Part shown: piece after piece, positions 12,464 through 25,447 of the stretch | Numbering within the stretch: the stretch's first letter is position 1 | Layout of the letters: every line of letters begins with the position of its first letter | Assembly (NCBI GenBank): GCA_964016885.1 | Contig: OZ024741.1 | Location: 264,802,001 to 264,866,000, forward strand | Direction: 5' to 3' | Length of the DNA: 64,000 nucleotides | From: Eledone cirrhosa | Taxonomy: Eukaryota | The notes under the pieces: generated by a model | Told to the model about the DNA's origin: nothing | Seen by the model: the letters and a program-made list of their open reading frames with translations, nothing else | The model's database searches: none | Position numbers and translations under genes: made by a program

Positions 12464-12844
12464 ACTCTCAAGTCTTGAATAATTGTCCCCCACCCCACGT
12501 ATTATTTTTTCCAACCCCATCCCACGCTCTTATTACCCCCCCCCCCCCCCCCCACCTGCTTATTAAATTTTGCTAATATATCTGTGGCAAAATTTTATTT
12601 TAAATGGTAGCATTCCTGCGACAATTAATTTTTTTAGACATTAAAAAACATTATACATGAGAAAGAAAAAAATTACTAGAAATCCCATACGTTATAAAAT
12701 AAATAGGATGGGTTGGGGTCTTAATATGTAAACTAAACGACTTATTCTGGGAAGGTTTTAAATCAACGGAGAAAACCTATGAAAATTACTGATTTTCAAC
12801 TCCCGCTTATTCCAACCCCAACCAATTATTTAGGATCCGAGAGT
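12464..12844. mobile_element. Non-autonomous DNA transposon (MITE) with TA ends
   Basis: Imperfect TIR tactctcaagtcttgaataatt / aattatttaggatccgagagta. Homologous reversed copies at ~33318-33530 and ~48378-48905. Confidence 0.6.
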
Positions 12845-12979
12845 ATGTAAAAATATATAATTCTTAGCCAATAAGAAGTGTTTAAATTATATTTCCCAAT
12901 GACATCTTTTAGTTGTGACAAATATATCTGCAAGTACTGAAATGTAACCCATAGACTTTATTTAGCATACTTCTTCTTT

Positions 12980-13435
12980 CGTATGAGTGGTCTCAGATTG
13001 CTGTCGTTTGCTTGATCAGTGATCAGTTTCCAAGACCCAGTATGAGGAGTAGTCTCATATTGGTGATGTTTACCTGATCGACGATCAGAGATCAGTTTCC
13101 AGTTTCCAAGGCACATCACGAGGAGTTAGTGGTCTCAAATTACTCTCGTTTACCTGATCAGTGATCAGAGTTCAATAATCTGAGATCAGAGATCAGTGAT
13201 CAGTTTCCAAGGCTCAGCACGAGGAGTGAGTGGTGACTGATTGCTGTGTTCACCAGTGATCAGTTTCCAAGACCCAGTATGTGAGTAGTCTCAGATTGCT
13301 GTCGTTCACCTGATCAGTGATCAGAGGTCAGAGATCTGTGATTAGTTTCCATGGCTCAGCACGAGGAGTGAGTGGTCTCAAATTGATGTCGTTCACCTGA
13401 TCAGTGATCAAAGACCAGCGTTCAGTTTCCAAGAC
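12980..13435. repeat. Diverged tandem array built on tgatcagtgatcagtttccaag...gaggagt(g)agtggtctca
   Basis: About 6 degenerate recurrences of the unit. Confidence 0.75.
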
Positions 13436-13855
13436 AAACTTGAGCCTGATTCAACATTTATGAGACCTGTTTTCAATGAATTTGAAAACAATAGTGATAT
13501 ATATATATAGAGGGGGGGGGGGGAATAGGATGCTGGGGAGAGAGAAGAAATAGGAAAATGGTCGAGAATAAGAACAAAAAAGGAAAACGGAGAAATATTT
13601 AGACCGGAAGAAAACACTTGTGTAGTTAGTTAGCCATTTTGAAGGGTTGGAGGTCAGAGTTCGTGGGATATTTGCGACCGGTATATAGTATCAGAAATGG
13701 AAAGACCAATGGAAACATTGTTTCCTTGGTCCGATTTGATGAGTTCCACCCCACAATGTAGAGCGAATGAGATTTGGGATCTTGTCAACCGATTCCTAGA
13801 TTTTTACGTGGATTCTAACCGAACCTCTACCGGAGAGAACAGGTAGGTACATAAA

Positions 13856-13913
<58 letters not shown>

Positions 13914-13917
<4 letters not shown>

Positions 13918-14620
13918 AGTTAATATAAATATTAATATATTTGATAAACACAAATACCAACATATCCGTGTTTGTATTGTAAATGACTAAGTTAGCTAGA
14001 TTGAAAAATACTAATTATAATAATACAGTTTGCCTGTCTCGATTTAAAATAATAAATCAATAAAAACAAAGTATATTGGCAAATGGCCGGTGCTTGGATA
14101 AATTTAAATTTCAAAATCATTATTTCTAGCAGCACGAGTATGCGGTAGCTAGACACTGGATAACCATGTGGAAAACCATGTGCGTTAAACAGTCTTTTTA
14201 AATATTTTGAAGTGAAACATACCAATTTTTCTGTGCTTGCTGAGGAGATATAAATGCGGTATTTTTTCCACTTTTTCATTTTTCGAAACTTATTTGGATT
14301 TTAAGGTTTAAACCTGTCCACGGAACAGGTTTGATTTTGAAATTTAAATTTGTCCAAGCACCACGGCCATTTGCCAATATACTTTGTTTTTATCGATTTA
14401 TTATTTTAAATCGAGACAGGCAAACTGTATTATTATTATAATTAGTATTTTTTCAATCTAGCTAACTTAGTCATTTACAATACAAACACGGATATGTTGG
14501 TATTTGTGTTTATCAAATATATTAATTTATATTAACTTGTATTACACGGCTCAGAAATACTTCTTTCTTTGAGCTATTTCATTGTAAAGGACTGCCTGAG
14601 TTTTGAACTCATTATTAATA
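13914..14620 (+). mobile_element. Fold-back element with ~206-bp arms; spacer has a Penelope-like ORF end
   Basis: Arms 13914-14119 / 14332-14541. Spacer 14149-14190 translates LDTG*PCGKPCALN (L.T..P.GLN-like). Decayed CTGAGGA...GAAAC at 14240-14289. (TA)n flanks. Confidence 0.7.
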
Positions 14621-14662
14621 GTATATATATATATATAAATAAATGAATATATATATAAATGA

Positions 14663-14694
<32 letters not shown>

Positions 14695-14766
14695 ATACAT
14701 GCATATTTATACATATATGTACTGTATATATATATATATATACAGTATATATATGTATAAATATGC

Positions 14767-14848
<82 letters not shown>

Positions 14849-14853
<5 letters not shown>

Positions 14854-16640
14854 AAAATGGATCGGGAACAAAACAGAGAGGCAGTACGAACAAAGGTTTA
14901 TTAGTTTCACGCTATTGAGAGTGGGGGGGGGGCGTTTCGGGCATAATCTCTTCTTCAGGCGAAAAGTGGGTGGGAAGAGAGTTCCGAGGGTGTGGAGAAG
15001 AGACATTTAGAAAAAAGAGGGGTGAGGAAAGGGAGGAAAAACGGTGGAAGGGGTACAAATAAAAATTAAAAAAATATAAAAATAAAAATAAACAAGTGGT
15101 GGAAGGGTGTTGGGCGTGTAGGGGTGGTGGTGGGTGGAGTGTGGAGAGGGAGGCGGGGTGTCCGAGCGGGGAGGGCTGAAGGTGGTGTATGTGTGTAGGT
15201 GTACGTGTGTAGGTGTGTGTATGTGAATGTGAGAGTTGGGGGAAGAACGAGGTTCCATGTTCAGGAAAAGGTGTGTGTGTGTGTGTGGATGGGGAGGGGT
15301 GGGGAAGGGGGTGGGAGAGGATTCCGGAGGCTGTGTGTGTATATATGTGGGGGTATGCACATGTGTGTGGTGTTTATACGTTTTGTGGATGTAGGTGGCG
15401 TGGTTCGAAAACAAATTTTTGTGAGTGTATGTCCGTGGGTAAATTCCTAAGGTAGTTCCGTAGAGGGTGTGAAGGGTAACCGGATATTTTCCATGTGATG
15501 GAGTAGATAGTGGGAACGATGGCCAATGGTGTGTAATCAGTGGTTGTGATAGTCGGAAGAGGTGAGATGTGAGGTGCGCGCGCAACAGGAAGTGGTCAGA
15601 GGGTCAAGGCAGGATGAGGGTAGAGGAGAATGACAGGTGGAGAGGGCTGTGTGTCTGTGTATGCGAAGAAGTGGTCAGAAGGTCAAGGCATAGCAGCAGT
15701 AGAGGAGAATGGCAGGTGGAGAAAGTCAATGTGTCAGTGTGCGCGGAGGTGCGGTGGACAGGGGAGAGGATGGGTAGGTGTGAAAGGTGGAGTGTGGAGG
15801 GGGTCATGTGGGGGATGGGGTGTGTATTAGTAAAGGTGTTAGTGGAATGTGTGTGTGTGAGAAGGGGTGTGGGTGGAGAGGGGAGAGGGAGAGAAAGGTG
15901 TGGGGGACGGTGGAGGGAGTGTAGTGTACTGGTGTGTGTGTGTGTGTGTGTGATGAAGGGGGTGTTAGTTGGTGTGTTAGTATACTGGTGGTGGGGAAAG
16001 GGTTGAATGCGGGTGTGTTAGTGGGGGTCAGTGGTGGTAGGGTGTGTAGGGAGGGTGTGTGTTTTCGTGTGCGTGGGGTCGGGGGGATGTTAGTGGTATT
16101 AGTTGTGGGGTGGTGGGAGTGGATGTGTGGGTGAGGGTTAGTGGTGGTAGTAGAGTGTGTGGATAGGGTGAGTGCGTGTATATATGTACAGGTGGGTGTG
16201 TGCGTGATAGGGGGAGGGGTGGGGATGTTAGTATTGTTAGTTGGGTGGGGGTGGAGTGTTTGTATTGTTAGTTGTGGGGTGGGCCAACGGGTGGGCGGTG
16301 AAAAGGAGGAGTGTGTTAGTGGTGTTAGTGGGGGGATATGTGTGGTAGGGGGAGGAACAGGGCGGTCGAAGACTAAAGGAATAGGGGTGGGGAGTTCAGG
16401 CCGGGGGGAGTGTGGGTCTGTAGGGTGAAGATGGTGCGTTGTTCGACCCTGAGGCGGGTGGCGGGTGTTCCGTGACATTGGAGTAGGCCACAGACTGTGA
16501 GGTGGTGTGCGGAATGTCCAGGGGAGCCAAAGATGCGGGTGTTGGGGGAACTCCCGCCGAGACGAATATCCCGGAGGTGCTGGGTGAAACGCTCCGCCAG
16601 GCGACGTCCAGTCTGTCCGACGTAGGTTGCGCTGCACTCC
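14849..16640 (-). mobile_element. 5'-truncated Penelope-like retroelement
   Basis: GIY-YIG remnant, then ~1.4 kb of C/A-rich 3' region, a decayed hammerhead CTGAAGAAGAGATTATGCCCGAAACG (14931-14960) and AATAAA near 14900. Confidence 0.75.
16373..16640 (-). pseudogene. Penelope-like GIY-YIG endonuclease C-terminal fragment
   Basis: CSATYVGQTGRRLAERFTQH...RLRVEQRTIFTLQTHTPPGLN matches the PLE pattern C..YIG.T.R.L..R..EH ... E...I..L.T..P.GLN. Confidence 0.88.
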
Positions 16641-16644
16641 ATAT

Positions 16645-17240
16645 ATATAAGTATGTATACGTACATACATATATGTATACAGACGTACAGTAGTATGCAT
16701 ATATATACATACATGCACACATATATATATGCACGTATGGATTTACCGAGCATTTATTATAATGCTCGGTTTGTTTGTAAACAAACATCCCGTTTTCGGT
16801 GCGCCCGGCCGATTAACTCACTCGATATGCAAATTAGGCTGCTCAACCGTTAATATGCATAAGGAAATTATATACTTTCAGACGTTCAATCATCTGGCAG
16901 GAAGGTATACGGTGCTGACGATAGCTAATAAGCTTGAAACTAGTACATCGTTCCTTTGTCAGTGTTGAACAAAAGGGCAACGATGGTTGCTAAACATAGT
17001 ACGGCTTAATTCGGGCTGTTTGTTTACAAACAAACCGAGCATTATAATAAATGTTCGGTAAATCCATACGTACATATATATATGTGTGTGCATGTATGTA
17101 TATATACATACTACTGTACGTCTATATACATATATGTATGTACGTATACATACTTATATGCAAAGTTATAAATACAGGCATTAGATTGAAAAACTCTAAC
17201 CATCCCAAAAATAAAAAGCCCAGTAGAGGGTACGAATAAA
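16645..17240 (+). mobile_element. Fold-back element with ~143-bp arms and intact hammerhead
   Basis: Arms 16645-16787 / 17017-17159. The spacer has an ORF end (...INSLDMQIRLLNR*) followed by the ribozyme. Confidence 0.75.
16910..16950 (+). ncRNA. Minimal type I hammerhead ribozyme motif
   Basis: CGGTG-CTGACGA-T-AGCT aata AGCT-T-GAAACTAGTA-CATCG: stem I CGGTG/CATCG, palindromic ACTAGT stem III, GUA triplet. Confidence 0.8.
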
Positions 17241-17317
17241 TTGTTACGGTCGTCCCTGGTGGGGCCGGGGCAATTGTCCCCTTTCCTCCATTAAATCCGG
17301 CCCTGCATACAATACAT

Positions 17318-17333
17318 TTCTCTCACACACACA

Positions 17334-17367
<34 letters not shown>

Positions 17368-17414
17368 TACACACACAGATATTCTCTCACACACACACAC
17401 TCTCTCTGTCTGTA

Positions 17415-17450
<36 letters not shown>

Positions 17451-17518
17451 ACTGTCGGTATGTCTCTCTCTCACACACATATTCTCTCTCACACACACAC
17501 ACACTCTCTCTGTCTGTA

Positions 17519-17549
<31 letters not shown>

Positions 17550-17712
17550 CACTGTCGGTATCTCTCTCTCACACACATATTCTCTCTCACACACACACTC
17601 TCACTGTCTGTATCTCTCGCTCTCTCTCACACACACACACTCTCTCTGTCTGTATTCTCTCTCTCACACACATATTCTCTCTCACACACACACACTCTCA
17701 CTGTCTGTATCT

Positions 17713-17744
<32 letters not shown>

Positions 17745-17851
17745 CTGTCTGTATCTCTCTCTCTCACACACATATTCTCTCTCACACACACACACTCTCT
17801 CTGTTTGTATCTCTCTCTCTCTCACACACACACTCTCTCTGTCTGTATCTA

Positions 17852-17895
<44 letters not shown>
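17318..17895. repeat. (CT)n/(CA)n compound minisatellite
   Basis: Repeated ctctctctcacacacacactctctctgtctgtatct units. Confidence 0.9.
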
Positions 17896-17898
<3 letters not shown>

Positions 17899-18107
17899 CC
17901 ATATATCAAAGCAAGAGTATTAATACGTGTTGTTACATTGTATAATTAAAAGAGTTCGTGATTTCTCTTTCACCAGAAACGCAGAAAAGATAGCAAGGGC
18001 GGAAGGAAGGAAGAAATAAGGAAAGAATCAAAGAAAGAAGGGAAAGAGAGAAAGAAAGAAGATAACACTTTGTTGAACAGAACTAAATGTGTACTATATC
18101 TGTTTTA

Positions 18108-21100
18108 GCAGTGTGTGAATGTGATTGGTGTGTGTATGTATGAATGCGGTGTGGTGTGTGTATGTATGTGGTGTGTGTATGTATGAATGCAGTGTGGTGT
18201 GTGTGTATGTGGTGTGTGTATGTATGAATGCGGTGTGGTGTGTGTATGTATGTGGTGTGTGTATGTATGAATGCAGTGTGGTGTATGTGGTGTGTGTATG
18301 TATGAATGCAGTGTGGTGTGTGTGAATGTGATTGGTGTGTGTATGTATGAATGCGGCGTGGTGTGTGTGAATGTGATTGGTGTGTGTATGTATGAATGCG
18401 GTGTGGTGTGTGTATGTATGAATGCGGTGTGGTGTGTGTGAATGTGATTGGTGTGTGTATGTATGAATGCGGTGTGGTGTGTGTGAATGTGATTGGTGTG
18501 TGTATGTATGAATGCGGTGTGGTGTGTGTATGTATGAATGCAGTGTGGTGTGTGTATGTGGTGTGTGTATGTATGAATGCAGTGTGGTGTGTGTGTATGT
18601 GGTGTGTGTATGTATGAATGCAGTGTGGTGTGTGTATGTATGAATGCAGTGTGGTGTGTGTATGTATGAATGCAGTGTGGTGTGTGTGTATGTGGTGTGT
18701 GTATGTATGAATGCGGTGTGGTGTGTGCGTATGTATGAATGCAGTGTGGTGTGTGTGTATGTGGTGTGTGTATGTATGAATGCGGTGTGGTGTGTGTGTA
18801 TGTGGTGTGTGTATGTATGAATGCGGTGTGGTGTGTGTGTGTATGTGGTGTGTGTATGTATGAATGCAGTGTGGTGTGTGTGTATGTGGTGTGTGTATGT
18901 ATGAATGCAGTGTGGTGTGTGTGTATGTGGTGTGTGTATGTATGAATGCAGTGTGGTGTGTGTGTATGTGGTGTGTGTATGTATGAATGCAGTGTGGTGT
19001 GTGTGTATGTGGTGTGTGTATGTATGAATGCAGTGTGGTGTGTGTGTATGTGGTGTGTGTATGTATAAATGCAGTGTGATGTGTGTATGTATGAATGCAG
19101 TGTGGTGTGTGTGTATGTGGTGTGTGTATGTATGAATGCGGTGTGGTGTGTGTGTATGTATGAATGCAGTGTGGTGTGTGTGTATGTGGTGTGTGTATGT
19201 ATGAATGCGGTGTGGTGTGTGTGTATGTGGTGTGTGTATGTATGAATGCGGTGTGGTGTGTGTGAATATGATTGGTGTGTGTATGTATGAATGCGGTGTG
19301 GTGTGTGTGAATGTGATTGGTGTGTGTATGTATGAATACGGTGTGTGTGAATGTGGTGTGTGTATGTATGAATGCGGTGTGGTGTGTGTGAATGTGGTGT
19401 GTGTATGTATGAATGCAGTGTGGTGTGTGTATGTATGAATGCAGTGTGGTGTGTGTGTGTATGTGGTGTGTGTATGTATGAATGCGGTGTGGTGTGTGTG
19501 TGTATGTGGTGTGTGTATGTATGAATGCAGTGTGGTGTGTGTGTATGTGGTGTGTGTATGTATGAATGCAGTGTGGTGTGTGTATGTATGAATGCGGTGT
19601 GGTGTGTGTGTATGTGTGTGTGTATGTATGAATGCAGTGTGGTGTGTGTGTATGTGGTGTGTGTATGTATGAATGCGGTGTGGTGTGTGTGAATATGATT
19701 GGTGTGTGTATGTATGAATGCGGTGTGGTGTGTGTGAATGTGATTGGTGTGTGTATGTATGAATGCGGTGTGGTGTGTGTGAATGTGATTGGTGTGTGTA
19801 TGTATGAATGCAGTGTGGTGTGTGTATGTGATTGGTGTGTGTATGTATGAATGCGGTGTGGTGTGTGTGTATGTGGTGTGTGTATGTATCAATGCAGTGT
19901 GGTGTGTGTGAATGTGATTGGTGTGTGTATGTTTGAATGCGGTGTGGTGTGTGTGTATGTGGTGTGTGTATGAATGCAGTGTGGTGTGTGTGTATGTGGT
20001 GTGTGTATGTATGAATGCAGTGTGGTGTGTGTGAATATGATTGGTGTGTATATGTATGAATGCGGTGTGGTGTGTGTGTATGTGGTGTGTGTATGTATGA
20101 ATGCAGTGCGGTGTGTGTGTATGTGGTGTGTGTATGTATGAATGCGGTGTGGTGTGTGTGAATGTGATTGGTGTGTGTATGTATGAATGTGGTGTGGTGT
20201 GTGTGTGTATGTGGTGTGTGTATGTATGAATGCAGTGTGGTGTGTGTGTATGTGGTGTGTGTATGTATGAATGCGGTGTGGTGTGTGTGTGTATGTGGTG
20301 TGTGTATGTATGAATGCAGTGTGGTGTGTGTGTATGTGGTGTGTGTATGTATGAATGTGGTGTGTGTATGTATGAATGCAGTGTGGTGTGTGTATGTATG
20401 AATGTGGTGTGGTGTGTGTGTATGTGATTGGTGTGTGTATGTATGAATGCGGTGTGGTGTGTGAATGTGATTGGTGTGTGTATGTATGAATGCGGTGTGG
20501 TGTGTGTGAATGTGATTGGTGTGTGTATGTATGAATGCGGTGTGGTGTGTGTGAATGTGATTGGTGTGTGTATGTATGAATGCGGTGTGGTGTGTGTATG
20601 TATGAATGCAGTGTGGTGTGTGTATGTGGTGTGTGTATGTATGAATGCGGTGTGGTGTGTGTGTATGTGGTGTGTGTATGTATGAATGCAGTGTGGTGTG
20701 TGTGTGTGTGTGGTGTGTGTATGTATGAATGCGGTGTGGTGTGTGTGTATGTGGTGTGTGTATGTATGAATGCAGTGTGGTGTGTGTGTATGTGGTGTGT
20801 GTATGTATGAATGCGGTGTGGTGTGTGTATGTGGTGTGTGTATGTATGAATGCAGTGTGGTGTGTGTGTATGTGGTGTGTGTATGTATGAATGCGGTGTG
20901 GTGTGTGTGTATGTATGAATGCGGTGTGGCGTGTATGTATGAATGCGGTGTGGCGTGTGTGTATGTATGAATGCAGTGTGGTGTGTGTGTATGTGGTGTG
21001 TGTATGTATGAATGCGGTGTGGTGTGTGTGTATGTGGTGTGTGTATGTATGAATGCAGTGTGGTGTGTGTGTATGTGGTGTGTGTATGTATGAATGCGGT

Positions 21101-22040
21101 GTGGTGTGTGTGTATGTGGTGTGTGTATGTATGAATGCAGTGTGGTGTGTGTGTATGTGGTGTGTGTATGTATGAATGCGGTGTGGTGTGTGTGTATGTG
21201 GTATGTGTATGTATGAATGCAGTGTGGTGTGTGTATGTATGAATGCAGTGTGGTGTGTGTATGTATGAATGCAGTGTGGTGTGTGTATGTGGTGTGTGTA
21301 TGTATGAATGCGGTGTGGTGTGTGTGTATGTGGCGTGTGTATGTATGAATGCAGTGTGGTGTGTGTGTATGTGGTGTGTGTATGTATGAATGCAGTGTGG
21401 TGTGTGTGTATGTGGTGTGATGTGTCTGCGTGGTGTGTATATGGAGTGTGTATATGTGAATGCGATTAGTGTATGTGTGTGTTTGTGAGCGTGTATGTAT
21501 GAATGCAGCGTGTTGTGTGTATATGTGGTGTGGTGTGTGTGTGTATGTATGTGGTGTAGTGTGTGGTGTATGTGGTGTGTTGTGTGTGTTTGTATGTGTG
21601 AGGTATGTGGAGCGTGTATGTGCATGTGTGGTATGTGTGTGTGGTATATGTGCGTGTGTGTATAGGTGTGCCAGTGTGAGTGTGTGTGTGCGGTGTATGT
21701 CTGTATGTTAGTGTTTGTGAGTGGGGTGTATGTTTGTGTGTATGGTGTATGTTTATGCGTGTGGTATGACGTGTGTATGTGTGTGTGTGGTGTATGTTTG
21801 TGCGTGTGGTGTATGTTTGTGTGTGTGGTGTGAAGTGTGTGTATGGTATGACGTGCGTATGTGTGTGTGGTGTATGTTTGTGCGTGTGGTGTGAAGTGTG
21901 TGTGTGGTGTATGTGTGACGTGTGTGTGTGGTGTATGTGTTAGTGTGACGTGTGTATGTGTGTGTGTCACGCGTGTATGTTAGTGTGACGTGTGTACGTG
22001 GTGTATGTGTATGTGTATGTGTGTGTATGTGGTGTATGTG
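18108..22040. repeat. ~3.9-kb GT-rich minisatellite (units ~24-44 bp), degenerating after ~21420
   Basis: Anchor gtatgtatgaatgc(a/g)gtgtggtgtgtg is repeated throughout. Confidence 0.95.
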
Positions 22041-22187
22041 TTTGACTCCCTCTCTCACACTATCTATCACCTCCGTCTTAGTCTTATACTAACTCTCCCT
22101 CTCCTACTATACAGTAACAGAAACACTAAACTACTAAACAGACACCATTGTTATTATATATTTTGTTTTTATTATCGCAACTAAGTT

Positions 22188-22259
22188 GGTTCTATGGTGT
22201 AATGGTTAGCACTCTGGACTCTGAATCCAGCGATCCGAGTTCAAGTCTCGGTTGAACCT
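22188..22259 (+). tRNA. tRNA-Gln (anticodon CTG)
   Basis: 72 nt, nearly identical to the canonical metazoan tRNA-Gln-CTG; A and B boxes intact; anticodon arm CTGGA-ctCTGaa-TCCAG; TTTT at 22270-22273. Has a U6.U67 mismatch. Confidence 0.93.
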
Positions 22260-22309
22260 AACCCACATATTTTATTTCTTCACGTAATGTGTCTTATATT
22301 GAACCATCG

Positions 22310-22900
22310 TTGAAAAAAGGGTAACATTTATAGAAAGAAACCCCGACCGATTTCAGTAGGAAATAATATTTCTTCGTTTTATTTTTCGTGTGCTATCAAT
22401 TAAATCTTAACCCTTAATATGCTACAAAGGACTTTTTCTCCCGGAAAAGGGATGTTACCGGAGACACCTCCACTGATTTCAATGAGAAATAATTTTTTTT
22501 TTCCCCCGTGTATTATCAATTAACCTAACCTCCTATTATGCTGCAAAGGGTTTTTGGGGGGCGGAGGGATGACCCTCCGACTGACCCCTCCCGATTTCAG
22601 TAGGAAATAAATTTTTTCCGTATGCTATCAATTAAATTTAGCTCCTAATATGGGACAAAGGACATCTTCCCCCGGAAAAGGGAAAAGGACAGTGGGGACC
22701 TATCCCCGATTTCAGTAGGAAATAAGTTTTTTTTCCTCGTCTTTTTTTCGTGTTCTGTTAATTAAATTTACTTCCTAATATGTTGCAAAGGTGTTTTGTT
22801 TTTTTTCCCGGAAAAGAGAGGGAGACCATCGGACCTCCCCCACATCAAGTTTTCTTTACCATTTTGTCCCCCTCAGTTTTTTCGTGTGCCACCAACTAAT
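22310..22900. repeat. Four diverged ~115-125-bp tandem units immediately 3' of the tRNA
   Basis: gatttcagtaggaaataa-like anchors near 22348, 22474, 22592 and 22707, each followed by tgctatcaattaa...caaagg...cccggaaaag-like text. Confidence 0.75.
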
Positions 22901-22910
22901 CTTATTGTAA

Positions 22911-23342
22911 GGCCGGTGGATTAACAGAATCAGTAGAGCGTCGGACATGCTTTGCGGCAGAGAAACGGCCCTTTACGTTCTAAGTTCAAATCCCACCGCG
23001 GTTTGTTTTGCCTTTCATCCTTACGTGGTCTATAAAATAAAGTACCAGTAATGCACTGGGACCGATTTAGTCGACTCTCCCTCCCACCATCAAAATGTTT
23101 GGCCTTGTGCCTAAATCAGAAACCATTACAGTTAGAACAGTGGATTAGCAGAATCGGTCACCATGCTTTGTGGCATAGAATTATGTATGGTCTTCTACAT
23201 TTTGAGTTCAAATCCCGTCGAGATCAGCTTTGCATTTCATCCTTGCAGGGGTTGATATAATAAAGTACCAGTAATGCACTGGTGTTAATTTAATCCCCTC
23301 CCCCCTTCGAATTGTTGGCCTTGTGCCAAACTAGTAACAATT
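22911..23342 (+). mobile_element. Two tandem family 1 SINE copies
   Basis: Two successive gagttcaaatccc...ttcatcctt...taaagtaccagtaatgcactgg...ggccttgtgcc units. Confidence 0.8.
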
Positions 23343-24062
23343 GTTGTTGTTGTTGTATAAATATATAATAAAGCAGCTTTTATGTTCCAAACACCAGCTT
23401 CTTAATGAAAATTTAAGTTATTTTACTAAAATCTTCCAAATTCTTAGTCATTTTCAAAATTTGTGTGAAACAAATACGGAAAGATGGCAACCCACCTGAG
23501 GAGGGAGCCCTGTAAAGTGGGGTAGCTGTTGCAGCAGGTGCTTCTGGCCATTCTCTGCAGTAATACTTTTGCCGTTTTCTTCCCAGTGTGTGACCAAAGC
23601 ACCACTCAGACTGGGATGTAGTGTCTGTACCCCCCTCTCCCTTTCTTTCATTGCTCAATTTTTAGTCTTCTTTGCCCACTTATTTCTGAGAGGGTCGTAG
23701 GGGCAGAGTCCTCAAACTCTCCTTCCAGCAGGTCCTGTCAGAAGCAACTGTCTCCAACTGGATTCTCAGGCAAGACCACCAGAGCTCATGGATGTTATCC
23801 AACCATCTTGCTCAGGGTCTACCCCTGGGTCTCCTGCTGGTTGATTTTGCCTATAAAATCTGTCTAGTGATTCTTTCTTGAGATATTCTAACTTCATGCC
23901 CATAATATCGGAGCTGTGATCTTTCAATTCGCAGAAGTAGCGACACATGGTCATCATTTAACGCCATCCATTTTCCACGCTTGCACGGGTTAGATGGGTT
24001 GCCATATTATGAGACAAGTCAAGTCAGGAGACTACGTATTGCTCATTCAAATATCATCATCA

Positions 24063-24389
24063 TCATTTTACGGCCGCTTTTCCCTGCTTGCAAGGGTGGG
24101 ACGGGAACTGATTCTGACTTGATTTCTACAGCTGGATGCCCTTCCTAACACCAACCTCATTTACAGTGAGTGCTGGGTGCTTTTTGCTGTGGCACCTCCA
24201 CGACTACTTTGCAGTGGAATGATAGGGACCCCAGTCCCTATCATCTCATTTCTACAGCTGAGTAAACTGGAGCAATGTGAAATAAAGTGTCTTGTTCAAG
24301 GAAACAACACATCACCCGGTCTGAGAATTGAACTCACAACCTTTCGATTGCAAGGCCAATGCTCTAACCACTAAGCCATGTGCCTCCAT
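24063..24389 (-). mobile_element. Full-length tRNA-headed SINE, family 2 (CORE-like middle, RTE-like 3' end)
   Basis: Head ggaggcacatggcttagtggttagagc...gtgagttcaattctc; 3' ggaagggcatccagc...(gat)n. Near-identical copy at 44242-44562 (+). Confidence 0.8.
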
Positions 24390-25447
24390 ATATATATATA
24401 TTATATGAACCCATCCAAACCATGCAAGCATGGAAAAGCAGATGTAAAAACAATGATGATGATATATATCATGACAAAAAGCACCCAGTACTCACTGTAA
24501 ATTAGGTTGGCATTAGGGAGGACATCCAGATGTAGAAACCAAGCCAAAAGCAGTTCTGTAGGAGCAAGGCATGGTCACCTGACCTGTTATTGCTCACAGC
24601 AGGATAACTCGTCTAATCCATGCTAGCATGGAAAAATGGACGTTAAACACATTATCACAGCTTCAGTTAAATTTTATCCTATTTCCACATAATATTTAAT
24701 GAAATGTTGGCATTAGGAAGGGCATCCAGCCATAGAAACCTAGCCAGAAATAGTTCTGTATGACCAAGACACAGTCACCTGACCCAATTTGACTCAAATG
24801 GGACAACCTGTCTAACCCATGCTAGTGTGGAAAATGGACATTAAATGATGATGTAATGTTAATATGAATTTTTCTTGCAAGAATATTACTGAAATGAAAA
24901 AGTTACAGGCAAGAACCAACACTGTATCAAAGACTATTCAATTAGAACTTTATTCTACAAAATTTTTCTAATTTCATAACAAACTCAAATCTATTTTTTT
25001 CTACTTGATTTATTAACAATTGTCCAAGATATACAAATAAAAACTTCATAAAAATAGTCCTTTTTTTCTGTCTTTCTTTAAACACATTCCTTGTTTCCAG
25101 GATAACTTTGTAATAGAAAAGTCATAAAACAAAAGCAAGCAGGAGAAAAATATATAAATAGCAAAACTATCTAATAAATGATAAAAAATTACATCATGTA
25201 TAAAACTTGATAATTTTGTTTTGAGAAAAGAAAAAAAGATAAATGAAATGTTAATTCACAGATCTGTCCATCCATATTGATTACAGCAAATGATCTTCCT
25301 TACAAAAAGGGGACAAAACATTTCTAATAAAAACATCTTAACCAAATGGTTACTTTTTTTTTTGAGGAAAGTAAATAGAATAGGTAAAAGGGTCAACATA
25401 ATTGACTACATGAAGATGGTGCTGCAATATAGCCAGAGTCTTTTCTA

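Noticed and set aside
13680-13850. Possible GIY-YIG remnant, with a related segment at ~28813-28890
   Set aside because: The repeat similarity is real, but the peptide match needs several frameshifts; too weak to call.
18105-21970. 595-aa and 693-aa His/Thr-rich ORFs
   Set aside because: They are translations of a stop-poor minisatellite strand, with no domain or splice context.
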